Assembly (NCBI GenBank): GCA_036867785.1
Contig: CP145414.1
Span: 1,116,001-1,180,000 of the forward strand
Reading direction: 5' to 3'
DNA from: Plasmodiophora brassicae
Lineage: Eukaryota
Length of the DNA stretch: 64,000 nucleotides
A model generated the notes under the pieces. It saw only the letters and a program-made list of their open reading frames with translations. It made no database searches and was not told the origin of the DNA. This document shows, piece by piece, positions 37,857-49,510 of this stretch. Made by a program: the position numbers and the translations under genes. Each line of letters opens with the position of its first letter. Positions within the stretch are counted from its first letter, which is position 1.

Positions 37857-38453
37857 TCCTGATACAAGCACTTGGGCGTGCGGACGTTGATGAAGATGAC
37901 GTGTGATTTGGTCCCGGTAACCGCGTACGAAGACATCTGCTGCAGCAGCTCCAGTGCTAAGTCGTCGGCACCGTGTTGTTGCCTGGCATCGAACGACCTC
38001 GTCGCCCGGTCAGCGTTGCTGAGCGGCTGGGTGGTGGCGATGTTGGCACAGGTGGGGCAGGCAGGCGTGTCTGGACGTCGACAGACTGGGACGTGCGATG
38101 CCGAAGACAACGGCATATGTCGGGCGGCCGTGTACGACGATGCAGTGGGCGACGTTGCAACCAGCTGTGCGCCGAGGAAGCCCAGCGTAAGCGGGTTCCA
38201 AATTAACGACGTATATCGCTCTCACCCCGGCATAGACATCGTGCAGGATGCCCCGGAGGACGACGCACGCTCCACCGTGTACAGCGTGCAACGTGACTTG
38301 GGGGTACCGCACCGCCGTCCGGCCACGCAACGACCCGCTGCAGCAAAGGCGTACACCTATCACTGGCCCTCCTATTCAGCAACATGCGCATGGTGCTGAT
38401 GGCTGATGGACGCTAATACAGTTCGAACGAAAACGCTGACAACGTGTATTCGC

Positions 38454-39356
38454 TCAAGGATTTAGAGGCGCAATTCCTTTCACGTTCTCAAAAGCTGCAC
38501 GGATGGCCTTTCGCGTTGAACGGTCGGAAGGCTTATCAAAATATACTAAACCTCCGCCGTCGACGTAATCGTGAATGACGCCGATCTGCAAACGGTACTG
38601 CATTCCAAGCAGGCCACCGATTTGTGGTGCGCCTGGAGCAGAAGTTTCAGTTACTGGGATCAAGCGATGACGCAATACCCCGTCCATTTCTTCATTCGTC
38701 GGTGGCGCGAACGCGTTGCTCAGCCAATGGGTCAGCACGGGGTCTGCCCACACCGCGTCCAGTGCCGCGAATGCACTTTGGCGGGCCGTCGGATGGACAC
38801 GAATGCCCTTCGTATACATTTCGTGCACTAACTGCACGTCAAGTTGGAACGAGATTTGTGGAATCGGTTTCAGAGAAAACCCCACAAGACCGGCCACCAT
38901 CCGGTTGTCAGACACGGCTTCGATCACCCACTGCTTGCCTGCGGCCGTGTTGACGCGCTTGAAGAAGATGGCTCCCGCTGGCATCGGCAGCCGTCCGCGG
39001 TTGTACAGGAATAAGGAGCTACACCCCGTATCATCTATCAATGTGAACGCGTCCGTCACCCTGTCGATCTTGATATTGACGGATACCAGAGCCCGCATGT
39101 CGTCAACAACAGATCCCATCGCTTCCTCGTCGTCTCCGAACACAGCGCCGACTCTATCATGTGTGTCCTCACGATCCTCATTCACGCGAAAGATTACGCA
39201 CGGCTTCGTCATGAGGTCCGACTGCATCACAAGTCGACGAGCTTCTTGCACTGATGGTTTCTGGGAAAGGTACTGCCGCGTGAGAACGTAGCTGTCGTTC
39301 ATGTAGAATGCTGTCCACATTCCTTTCGGGATATCGCCCAAGTCAGAACTAAGCAC
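38454..39356 (-). pseudogene. Intronless orphan ORF (~300 aa) whose 5' end is cut by a fold-back palindrome
   Basis: The open frame begins at the palindrome centre; no family recognised. Confidence 0.4.
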
Positions 39357-39525
39357 CTCATTAATGAGGTGCTTAGTTCTGACTATGAGGTGCTTAGTTC
39401 TGACTTGGGCGATATCCCGAAAGGAATGTGGACAGCATTCTACATGAACGACAGCTACGTTCTCACGCGGCAGTACCTTTCCCAGAAACCATCAGTGAAA
39501 GAAGCTCGTCGACTTGTGATGCAGT
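39221..39525. repeat. Fold-back inverted duplication (141-bp arms) with central 44-bp perfect palindrome and 21-bp tandem duplication
   Basis: 39221-39361 is the reverse complement of 39385-39525 with one mismatch; centre CATTAATG; ATGAGGTGCTTAGTTCTGACT occurs twice at 39364-39405. Confidence 0.95.
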
Positions 39526-39825
39526 AATGATGCGTCGAATTTCACCAGGAACAGCAGGTTGTGGGTCAAGTGGTTCAAGCGAATCGGGACCCAGTCCGGA
39601 AGGTAACGATAATGTGCGGCCGGTTCTATTGATATCATCATCATCATCACCATCATCATCATCTGATTTCCCGTTCCGTAGCATTTGTACGATCATGTTT
39701 CGTGCAACGAACGGAATCACGAAAGACGCAACACAGAAAATGCATCCAATCGCAATTATGACGAAACGGGTCCCGTCCGATGCAGGGAACGTGCCCGAAT
39801 ACAGGATCAGAATAAATCCCGCCAT
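39463..39825 (-). pseudogene. Membrane-protein ORF fragment truncated by the inverted duplication
   Basis: Two hydrophobic segments and a D-rich tract; the frame runs into the palindrome arm at 39525 and stops soon after. Confidence 0.35.
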
Positions 39826-40312
39826 GAACGACAGGCACGTTACCGACGCAAACAGTCGGACAGAGAACTGTCAAAAGGTTAATAATTGAGAATACTGTTC
39901 GCTGCTGCGACCCAACCCTGAAGGAATCAACCACCGCTTGCTTCATCACCAAGATGCACGAACGCACCACCGATATCCGTTGAACACTCAAAACGCACAC
40001 AGCACGCCTTTGAACACCTACGGACTCCGAACTACGGTCAACCCTGAACTGGCCGACGGGCGCACCAATTGAAAAGTGCGACTGTCCCCCCCCCCTCCCC
40101 CCTCCCCTCGCCGCGTCCCAGAGCCACGACAGGTGTCCGTAAACCACAGCGAATGTAGGGGCTTCGTTGTTGCCTCTAGGATCACAATGTAATAGCGGGG
40201 CCAGCACGGTCACTTAGCGGAATACTCTTCAGCTGCTACTGGTTTCATTTCCCGTACAGCTATCCGATTCGCTTGGTGACGTAAGGCTGCCCTTTGTCAG
40301 CAGGAGCATTCG

Positions 40313-40532
40313 GATGATGTGCAGCACGTCGTCGAATGCGTTCGCCCACGTCCAATTCAGCGGCTAGTTCATGCCAGAAGCTCGATCCAGACGCGACAAT
40401 GTCGAATAGCGGACTGCTCCCGTAACAAGACGAAGAGCGCGAGCAGAGGAAACAATTCCTGACCGTTCAGCGTGAACAGGAACTTCCCAACGCGTGCCGA
40501 CATCTGGCCGGATATCACGTGCCAAACCTGGC
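40313..40532. repeat. Degenerate direct repeat, copy 2 (partner 37618-37856)
   Basis: Aligns by eye with copy 1 over ~220 nt with substitutions and small indels. Confidence 0.85.
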
Positions 40533-40605
40533 GTCACCTTTTATATTGTTGTTCAGAAACAGCGCGTCCGTGCGGCGTGACGTGCTAGCTCAACCGACCG
40601 ACACC

Positions 40606-43600
40606 ATGACGGACCGGGTCGGATCGATCGCATTGCCCATTCTCAACAGCGATCGCACGTACGTGGACGGTCAGGCGTCCATTGAGCATCAGATCGATAT
40701 CCATGTGCTGGACATGGTCGCATCGGCGGATGCGGTGATGGATGTCCTGTACGGGATCAAGTACCTGTCAGTATGCAACCGCCATGTTGCAAGGCCATTC
40801 CGCACGTGTTCATATGTTGTTTGTTGACAGGATGGATTATCGAATCAAAGGTGGGAAGCTGCCACATCTCGACCGCGACCTGATGGATCGACTTCTCGCC
40901 GCGCTCTTGCCGTTACTCGGCCAGCAGACCGGCAACCTGATCCGATTGCGACCCACGACCGAGGCCGAACTCGCTTTCGTGCTGTTCGGCGAGTTCCTGG
41001 AGAACGTGGGCGAGTTTCGTGAGGCCGTGGCCAAGTTGTCGACGACCGACCTGCGCGAGCAGCTGCGCCTGGACCTGCACTGCCGCTCCTGGTGCACCGA
41101 CACACAGAAGGAGCAGGCCGCCTCCGTCCTCGCCCTCCTCATGCGCTTCTTTGCCAAATCATTCGACTGGCGCGACATCGTCCGTCGCAGCCACCATCGT
41201 GAAGTGGAGAAACTCATGGACGCCCATGCGGACAAGTTTCTGCATCCGGCGATGCCCGATCATCAGCAGCAACAGGCATTGTTTCCACCGCCAGCCCTGT
41301 ATTTCGACAAGGACCCGAGTCGTTTGGCGGATATGTTCGCCACCAACCTCAGTACTGGGCTTGGGCCGAAACGTATCGAGATGATGCGGGAGCATTACGG
41401 ACGCAATGTGATCCCGTCGGCCAAGTCCACATCCACCCTGGGCCTGCTGTGGCAGCAGATCACCGACTTCATGGTCCTGATCCTCATTGCCGTTGTCATC
41501 CTCGAGCTGGTCATGAAAGAATACGACTCGGCCGTCGTCCTCATGATCGTGGTCGTTGTCAACGTCCTCATCGGGTTCACACAGGATTACAAGGCCTCGA
41601 AATCATTGGCAGCATTGATGACCCTGTCCGTGCCCAAGGCAACGGTCATCCGCGACTCGCAGCAACAGGTCATCGAGTAGGTCGCATTCGTATCCCCGTC
41701 GTTGTCGCCCCCGTCATGTTTCCAAACGTGTCCATTTGCTTCTTCGGAACCGTTCTGGGGCGTCTGACTGGCTGATGCAGTGCTGCGATGGTGGTGCCCG
41801 GCGACATTGTCGTCCTGGACGAGGGCGATTACGTGCCGGCGGATCTGCGTCTGTTCCAGGTATCGCAGCTGGAGATCATCGAAGTGATACTGACCGGCGA
41901 GTCGGTGCCGACCGTCAAGTCTGTCGATACGATTCGCAAGCGGACGCGTCGTCTGCCGCTGGGCGATTGCGCCGGATCGGCGTTCATGTCCACTGTCGTG
42001 GCTCGTGGGCGTGGCCTGGGCATTGCCGTTCGGACCGGCGTCCACAGCGAGATCGGCAAGATCAGCAGGGCGATCACCGAGTCGCCAAGCGAGCAGACCA
42101 ACATCGAGCGGCAGCTACAAACACTCGGCAAGGCCCTGGTCGCCATCTCCATCGGCCTTTGCGGCCTGGTCGTCGCCATCGGCCTCGCCTATCGCAACAA
42201 TGCATTAGATGTAGTGCATCATGGCATCTCGTTGGCCGTGTCCGTAATCCCCGAGGGTCTCGTCGCCGTTGTCACCGTGACCATGGCCATTGGCGTGCGT
42301 CGCATGGCCGCCAGGAATGTCATCGTCCGACGCCTGGCCGGTGTGGAGACGCTCGGGTCCGTCTCCGTCATCTGCTCGGATAAGACGGGGACCTTGACCG
42401 AAGGCAAGATGGGTTGCGAGCAGATATGGACCTGTGATCGTTCGCTCTACACGTTCTCACATTCCACCGCCATGGACCCGACCCTGGGAGTCGTCACGCG
42501 TCATCTGGATCGGGATGATCATCACGATGATCAGCCGTCGTCACCGGTGGACCTCAGCGCCGCCCCAGGCCATCTCCTGACCGCCGCCATGATCAGCGCC
42601 CTCTGCAACAATTCGTCCGTCCGCAAGTCGTCGACCGATGAGGGATCGTGGCGTTCCACCGGCGACCCGACCGAGGTGGCCATGCTCGTCGCCGCCATGA
42701 AGATCGGCGTCACCGCCGACTGGTTCGCAACCAAGATGGGCATTGCGAAAATCGGCGAATTCGCGTTCGACAGCGACCGCAAACTCATGTCGGTCGTCGT
42801 CGCGCAGCAGCAGCAGCCGCCTCTGGACGACGCCGCTCTGCATCTGCCGCCTGAATCCGCGTTCCTGCTCTGTAAAGGCGCCCCAGAGTGCGTCCTGGCG
42901 CATTGCGACGCCTACCTGCCTTCGTCGACGGGGCGATTCCTGGATCTGGACCAGGCCACGCCGCTGACCGGCGCCTTTGTCGACCACGTGAGTACGCGAT
43001 CGGAGCGTATGGCCGCACAGGGGCTACGTGTGCTCGCTCTGGCGTGTCGTGCCGTACCTCGGTCGCAGGTCGACGCCATGGTGGATTCGGCACAGGCCGA
43101 GACGGCGATGGTGTTCATCGGCCTGGTCGGGCTGATCGATCCGGCGCGCCCAGGCGTCGCCGAGAGCGTCAGGCAATGCAAATCGGCCGGCATCAATGTG
43201 ATTATGATCACCGGTGACCATATGGCCACCGGGCTGGCCATCGCCACTCAGCTCGGCATCTACGACAGGGACGACGGCGACCGGAACCGCAGCATGTCCG
43301 GCTCTGAGATCGATTCGCTGTCGGCCGAGGCCTTGTCGAAACTGAACCCATTCCCGGTCGTCTTTGCGCGCGTGTCGCCGGATAACAAGCTGAATATCGT
43401 CAAGGCGTTGCAGGCGCAGGGCCATTCCGTGGCCATGACCGGCGACGGCGTCAATGACGCGCCGGCCATTAAACGCGCCAATGTCGGCATCGCCATGGGC
43501 GTCGGCGGCACCGAGATCACGAAACAGGCCGCCGACATCGTTCTGGCCGACGACGACTTCTCGACGATTGTGGCGGCGGTTCGCGAGGGTCGTATCGTGT

Positions 43601-44423
43601 TTGCCAACGTCAAAAAGTTCTGCATGTACCTGCTCAGCTGCAACAGCGCCGAGATCTTCCTCTTCCTCGCCGCCGCCATCATCAACGTACCGGTCCGTTC
43701 TGCGTTGTCGTTCTCTTTCACGTCACCATGATTGGAGTCTCAGACGCGCTCACGCAGGCGCCGTTCTCTACGATTCAGATCCTGTGGGCGAACATCATTG
43801 CCGACGTGCCGCCGGCCATGTCCTTGGGCTTCGAACCGCCCGAACCGGATCTCATGGAGCGGCGCCCGCGTCTGCAGAACGAAGGCGTGCTGCCGCTGAT
43901 CGACTCATTGATCATCCTCTCGCAGGGCCTTACCATGGCCGTCACCTCGCTGGTGGCGTTCCTCCTCGCGTTCTGGCACGTCCTGCCCAGCTTCGACAAT
44001 GATCTGATGCGGCAACGCACGCTGGCGTTCACATGTCTCACCATGGTCCAGATCGTTCAAGCCGTGTTGAGCAGAAGCGCGAGGAACTCGCTGTTGACCA
44101 CCGGCGTGTTGGGCAATCGCATCATGGTTTGGGCCTGTCTCGTCTCGACCGTGTCTCTGGTGGTCGGCCTCTACCTGCCCGGTCTCAGCGACTTCCTCGA
44201 GTCGACGCATCTGTATGCCCTCGATTGGCTCGTCGTCCTTGTCACCGTCGGCATTCAGATTCTGGCCGTCGAGCTGATCAAGGCCATCGTCAGGCGTTAT
44301 GAACGCACGCATCCGTCGCCGAGGAAGACGAAACCGGTGGCGGAATCCGACGCGGTTGGGAGCAGGGGCGTCTTGAACATCCTGTATCCACAACGTGACG
44401 ATCCACACCGCTGCTGTCTATAG
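40606..44423 (+). CDS. P-type (type II) cation-transporting ATPase (multi-exon)
   Basis: VPGDIV, LTGES, IPEGL, CSDKTGTLT, KGAPE, MITGD, MTGDGVNDAPA and QILWANIIAD. Confidence 0.95.
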
Positions 44424-44554
44424 GCAAAACTATGTCGATATAATCCACCCCTGCCACCTCGGGCATTGCAAGCGTATTAGAGGCCACACACAGCGATCAC
44501 CTTTTCTAACCCTTAAGATCGCGGGCGTGTACTACGAGTTACCACATTCATCCG

Positions 44555-45949
44555 ATGGAGCTGTCATCACCGGCCACCGCATCGCTATGGATACTGTTTG
44601 CCGTGCACCTGTTCGTGGCAGCGATCGGCCAGTTCTGGTTCCTGTACCGGCGCCATCGACAGCCGATCGTCGCCCGGTTTCCAGTGTCAGCGGCCGTGAC
44701 TCTGCTCGTACTGACGATTCACCTGGAGACGTCCATCCTGGCCTACGTTAGCCCGCTGCCGTGCCTGCTGGCGTACTGCATCGAGAGCACGTTGGGGACC
44801 ATAGGTACCATCGGGTACACGTTACGAAGCGCCATGTTCTTCTGGCAGTGCCGCATTGTACGCTCCAAGATGTCAGCATCGTCAGTGACGCTGTACCAGA
44901 ACCAGGTTCTCCGAGCGGGTCAGGGGCGCATGTCGCAGCTGACAAGCAAGATCCAGGACGCGGGCGCTGCCGCTCCAGCGTTGTCGAAGTCGGATGCCTG
45001 GTACCTCGCCAATCAGTGGATCACGTCGAACCGGTTCGTCGTCCCGTTCTGGATTGTCATAGCGCTGCTCCTGGCCGTGTACCTGGTCGTGTCGCTGCTG
45101 TCCACGAACTGGGATGGCGGCCGGGACAACTGCATCGATATGGACCCGAGATTCTACCTGTGGAGACAGGCCTGGTTCCTTGGCTGGATCGGCGCCCTCG
45201 GCTATTATTCGTTCCGCCTCCGCGTCTGCGTTGATGGGCTCTTCATCAAACGCGAACTGCTGTCCAGCTTCGCGTCCGGAATCGTCTACTTCGTGTTCTG
45301 GTTTGCGCCCGGCGTCACCGCGTACGATGCGACAACGTACCCAATCCTGACCATCGGCTACTGGGTCCTGATCCAGTTCGACTACCTCGTCAGCGTCTGG
45401 GTGCCCATCGTCCTGTCCTACAGGAAGTTCGACGACCAAACGGCAGACGTGTCGGGCATAGTGCGCCTGGACGACTTCCTGAAGTCGGACCCGGTCGCCA
45501 TTGCAGCATTCGCCGAGTTCCTCTGCCGCGAGTTCGCCGTGGAGAACCTCCAGTTCCTGCTGGCCGTCAACGCGTTCAAGAGGAGATTCGGCGACAAGAG
45601 GAAAGCGCACGCGTGGGCGTCGACCGGCGGCAGCGTCGTCGCGTTGTCCATGTCGTCAAACGACGGCGACGTGGAGGCGCCCAGGTCGACCGGATGGAGC
45701 GGCGAGGACGCGATCTGGGCGCACGCGAACGACATCTGCCACGAGTACGTCCACGCGGACGCGCCGTCCGCGATCAACCTCTCCGGGAAGTGCCGCGAGC
45801 GCATCCTGGCCGCGATGGATTCGTCGCGCGCCGTCCCGGTCGCCCTGTTCGACGAAGGCGCGGCGGAGATCAAACGCATCCTGGAACCGTCGTCGTACAT
45901 GCGCTTCCTACAGTCCGAAACAGGGCGGCAACTCATAGGAGCTGGCTGA
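44555..45949 (+). CDS. 7TM-RGS protein, copy 1 (intronless)
   Basis: About seven hydrophobic segments, then an RGS box FAEFLCREFAVENLQFLLAV...INLS...SYMRFLQS. Confidence 0.88.
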   Translation: MELSSPATASLWILFAVHLFVAAIGQFWFLYRRHRQPIVARFPVSAAVTLLVLTIHLETSILAYVSPLPCLLAYCIESTLGTIGTIGYTLRSAMFFWQCRIVRSKMSASSVTLYQNQVLRAGQGRMSQLTSKIQDAGAAAPALSKSDAWYLANQWITSNRFVVPFWIVIALLLAVYLVVSLLSTNWDGGRDNCIDMDPRFYLWRQAWFLGWIGALGYYSFRLRVCVDGLFIKRELLSSFASGIVYFVFWFAPGVTAYDATTYPILTIGYWVLIQFDYLVSVWVPIVLSYRKFDDQTADVSGIVRLDDFLKSDPVAIAAFAEFLCREFAVENLQFLLAVNAFKRRFGDKRKAHAWASTGGSVVALSMSSNDGDVEAPRSTGWSGEDAIWAHANDICHEYVHADAPSAINLSGKCRERILAAMDSSRAVPVALFDEGAAEIKRILEPSSYMRFLQSETGRQLIGAG

Positions 45950-46142
45950 ACCATACACGTTGCATGTTATACCCCCCATCTCCTAAGCGTTCACCCGGAA
46001 TGCCCAACGCGGAGGCCCGGTGGAGGGAGCGGCGGAAAGCGGGTTTACGAACGAAGCAGGCGAACCTCATCGACCGCGTCTCTGGTACCTCTTATTAAGG
46101 TTCGCGCTCGTGTACTACTTCATTATGCGTTCCGGTTGACTG

Positions 46143-47531
46143 ATGGAGCTGTCGCCCGCGACGACCGCATCGTTGTGGGTACTGGGCATTGCGCACGTGA
46201 TCGTGGCCGTCGTCGGGCAGATCTGGTTCCTGTACCGGCGGCACCGCCAGCCGATCGCTGCCCGGTTTCCAGTGTCAGCGGCCGTGACGTTGATCGTGCT
46301 GACGATACATCTGGAGACGTCCATCATTGGCTACCTGAGCCCTCTGCCGTGCCTGCCGGCGTACTGCATCGAGAATACGCTGGGAACCATTGGCACCATC
46401 GGGTACACGTTACGCAGCGCCGTCTTCTTCTGGCAATGCCGCATCATACGCGCCAAGCTGTTGTCGTCGTCCGCAAAGTTATCCAGGACGTACCAGCAGC
46501 AGGTTCGACTAGCTGGACAGAAGCAAGCACAGCCGTCGCAACCGCGGCAATCGACCAGCAAGGTCCAGGACGCGGTCGCCACCCCGGCCCTATCGACGTC
46601 CGATACGTGGTACCTCGAGCACCAGTGGATAACGTCGAACCGGTTCATCGTCACATTCTGGATTGTCGTTGCGCTGCTCCTGATCGCGTTCCTGGTCGCA
46701 TCAGTCGCGACGGGGACCTGGCTCAGCGATTGCACCCAGGTGAACCCGGCACTCAACGCGGGCCGTCAGGTCTGGTATGTGGTCTGGGTCGCCGCCCTCG
46801 GGTACTACTCGTTCCGGCTTCGCGTCTGCGTTGACGGGTTCTTCATCAAGCGCGAACTGCTGTCCAGTTTCGCGTTCGGGATGATCTACTTCGTGTTCTG
46901 GTTCACGCCTGACGTCGCCGCGTACGACGCCACGACGTACCCGGTCCTCATGCTCCTCTACTGGGTCTTGATCCAGGCCGACTACGTCGTCAGCGTCTGG
47001 ATCCCGCTCGTCCTGTCGTACACCAGGTTCAGCGAGCAAACGGCGGATGCGTCCATGCGCCTCGACGATTTCCTGACGTCGGACCCGGCCGCCATCGCAG
47101 CGTTCGCCGAGTACCTGTGCCAGGAGTTCGCCGTTGAGAACCTCCAGTTCCTGCTGGCGGTGAACGCGTTCAAGAAGAAGTTCGGCAGGGACAAGAAGGC
47201 GAACGTCTGGACGACGTCCGGCGAGAACGTCGCGTTGTCCATGTCCTCGCACGACGGCGAGACCGAGGCGGCGAGGTCGGGCGGCGACGACGCGATGCGG
47301 GATCACGCCAACGACATCTGCGACGCACACGTCAAACCGGACGCGCCGCTGGCGGTCAACCTGTCCGGCCGGTGCCGCGATGGGCTCCTGGCGGCGATGG
47401 AGTCGGCCCGCGCCCTCCCCGTCACCGTCTTCGACGAGGCCGCCGCCGAAATCAAACGCATCCTCGAGCCCTCGTCGTACGTGCGCTTCCTGCGCAGCGA
47501 CGTAGGACGCCAGCTCCTGCGCGCCGGCTGA
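46143..47531 (+). CDS. 7TM-RGS protein, copy 2 (tandem paralogue)
   Basis: Collinear and highly similar to 44555-45949, with the same RGS motifs. Confidence 0.88.
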   Translation: MELSPATTASLWVLGIAHVIVAVVGQIWFLYRRHRQPIAARFPVSAAVTLIVLTIHLETSIIGYLSPLPCLPAYCIENTLGTIGTIGYTLRSAVFFWQCRIIRAKLLSSSAKLSRTYQQQVRLAGQKQAQPSQPRQSTSKVQDAVATPALSTSDTWYLEHQWITSNRFIVTFWIVVALLLIAFLVASVATGTWLSDCTQVNPALNAGRQVWYVVWVAALGYYSFRLRVCVDGFFIKRELLSSFAFGMIYFVFWFTPDVAAYDATTYPVLMLLYWVLIQADYVVSVWIPLVLSYTRFSEQTADASMRLDDFLTSDPAAIAAFAEYLCQEFAVENLQFLLAVNAFKKKFGRDKKANVWTTSGENVALSMSSHDGETEAARSGGDDAMRDHANDICDAHVKPDAPLAVNLSGRCRDGLLAAMESARALPVTVFDEAAAEIKRILEPSSYVRFLRSDVGRQLLRAG

Positions 47532-47798
47532 ACGACCACGACGGCCATGACGGAATCCGACCCCAATACATCATCATCACCTTCTACGATCTCGAGGAAG
47601 CCGCTGTTCTGGACAGATACCAAGCGCAGACTCATCTTGAGTGAGGTGGTACCGGAGGGGGCGACCCCCGCCGGTGAATCGGCGTTCTGGAACCAGAGGT
47701 GCCCAGAGAGCTGTTTGCACCGGTGAGATGTGACGAGCAGCCACAAAAAACCGTCGGCTATCGTCAATAAATTGGCGGTGGATTCGGGGTACGGCGGG

Positions 47799-48140
47799 AT
47801 GAGCGTCGAGAAGGGCGAGGCTGCGGCGGCGGCGGCGACGCCGACGGTGACGCTGACGAACTGGGCGGGCGATGACAAGAACGGCTGGAACTTTGTGACG
47901 CGGTTCATCGCGCGGTGCATGGAGTCGCCCGAGGAGCGTCGCGCGAAGATGAAGACGGTGTGCGACCGGGCGTTCAGGGGCATGGAGATCAACAGGCGTC
48001 GCTGGGCGATGCCGACGCCGCGCTACGGCGCCTGGATGTCGTCGCCGGGGTTGCAGGCGCGCGAAGACATGTGGGCCGACTGGTGCCAGTCTCGTATCGC
48101 CTACGATGTCAGCTCCGGCAAGCATGACATCGTCGTCTAA
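47799..48140 (+). CDS. Small hypothetical protein
   Basis: GC3-rich ORF with host-like codon usage; no family recognised. Confidence 0.4.
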   Translation: MSVEKGEAAAAAATPTVTLTNWAGDDKNGWNFVTRFIARCMESPEERRAKMKTVCDRAFRGMEINRRRWAMPTPRYGAWMSSPGLQAREDMWADWCQSRIAYDVSSGKHDIVV

Positions 48141-48613
48141 CGGAGATGTGGCCGCCATTTCGAACAACAACGTTGAACGCTATATAGATTTGTCGCCTGC
48201 AGGCGTCCAACCCATGCGCACCACTGCTCTGCGAGTACTGTGTTCCACGTTGGCGTGCTGCCCATTGCGAGGAGCGCTCCACGGACAGCGCGCGTCCCTC
48301 ACTCGGTGTCGACGCTTGACGAATCGCCCGACACGGCTCGTGTCCTGCGCACGTACGAGGGCGCCCGGCTGTCGAACGACATGACGGTATGGGCCCATTA
48401 ATAAGACCGTGTCCAGGCGTGGGCACCCGTCGCCGGTCTACTTATTTACGGTATGTCCGCGGGGCGTCGGACTTCCGGGGGGCGGGCGCCCCGGATGCAG
48501 CGGGGGTGGGTGGGGCTGAGCGCTGGTTGCTGTTGCGTGTGGCGGCCCGAGTCTGCGACTGCGCGGGTCCCGATGCCATAATTCCACGCGACCTCCGGCC
48601 GTCCGCACCGACC

Positions 48614-49429
48614 ATGGCGGCGGGATCGCGGGGCATACGCGTCCGTCTGCGACGGCGCCCGGACTCGGATTTCGAGGTCGTGGCCACCGCCTACGACTTC
48701 GTGGACGTTCGCCCCGGTCCACCGCTTGTCGTCGTCGTGCGCCGCCACCATGCGGATGCCGACGAAGCCTATGAATCGCAGGATAGCAGCGCGTTGATGG
48801 AGGTTGACGACGACGATGAGGACGAGGTCGACCAGGAAGACCGGCAGCCGACGCGCCTGACGAGTCGGCAGCGGTCGATGCGGTTCGGGCGTCCCGACGA
48901 AGACGAAGAGGACGACATGGATGATGGGGATGATAACGTTTCGACGCCAGCCATAGCCCTCAGCGAGGAAGCCGCCCTGAAGAAGAGCGAGCAACAGCGA
49001 AGGAGAAAGCTGGCCCTGGACAGGCAGGAAGAACAAGAGAAGCAGGAGACGATTGAGCGGTTGCTGAAGAAGACGAGCACCAGGAAAGCAAAGTCGGATC
49101 GGTTCAAGTCCCGGCACGAAGGCAAAGTTCGCCTGTCGGCCGTCAAGCGGCGCGCCCAGGAGCGCAGCATTGCACATCCCGGCGTGATCCGCTTCAGGAC
49201 GTACATTGTCGGCGACGATCGCATCGAGTCGACGGTGACATTCCCCGATGACGTCGACGTGCAACCGCCCACGTCCGCTGCGCCCGACCCGATACCAATC
49301 CGTCCTACATCGTTCTGCGCCTGCGGCAACCAGCGCCGGTATACGTGCCCCTCGACATTACGACCCGTTTGCTCGTTGGCCTGCTACAAGCGCCTGCATG
49401 ATCAACCGGCGTTTGCGGCCACCTCATGA
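48614..49429 (+). CDS. INO80B: INO80 complex subunit B/Ies2-like (PAPA-1 + HIT zinc finger)
   Basis: LTSRQR; SEEAALKKSEQQRRRK...EKQETIERLLKK; CACGNQRRYTCPSTLRPVCSLACYK. Confidence 0.85.
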   Translation: MAAGSRGIRVRLRRRPDSDFEVVATAYDFVDVRPGPPLVVVVRRHHADADEAYESQDSSALMEVDDDDEDEVDQEDRQPTRLTSRQRSMRFGRPDEDEEDDMDDGDDNVSTPAIALSEEAALKKSEQQRRRKLALDRQEEQEKQETIERLLKKTSTRKAKSDRFKSRHEGKVRLSAVKRRAQERSIAHPGVIRFRTYIVGDDRIESTVTFPDDVDVQPPTSAAPDPIPIRPTSFCACGNQRRYTCPSTLRPVCSLACYKRLHDQPAFAATS

Positions 49430-49510
49430 CACCCATCTACACCTGTATTCTTTCTATTGAGGGAGGTCGCTTGGCTGCACCCAGGTTTGAACGTGTCATT
49501 GTTTTATTTG

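Noticed and set aside
37618-40532. LTR retrotransposon interpretation of the direct repeats
   Set aside because: No TG...CA termini, PBS, TSD or gag/pol motifs recognised.
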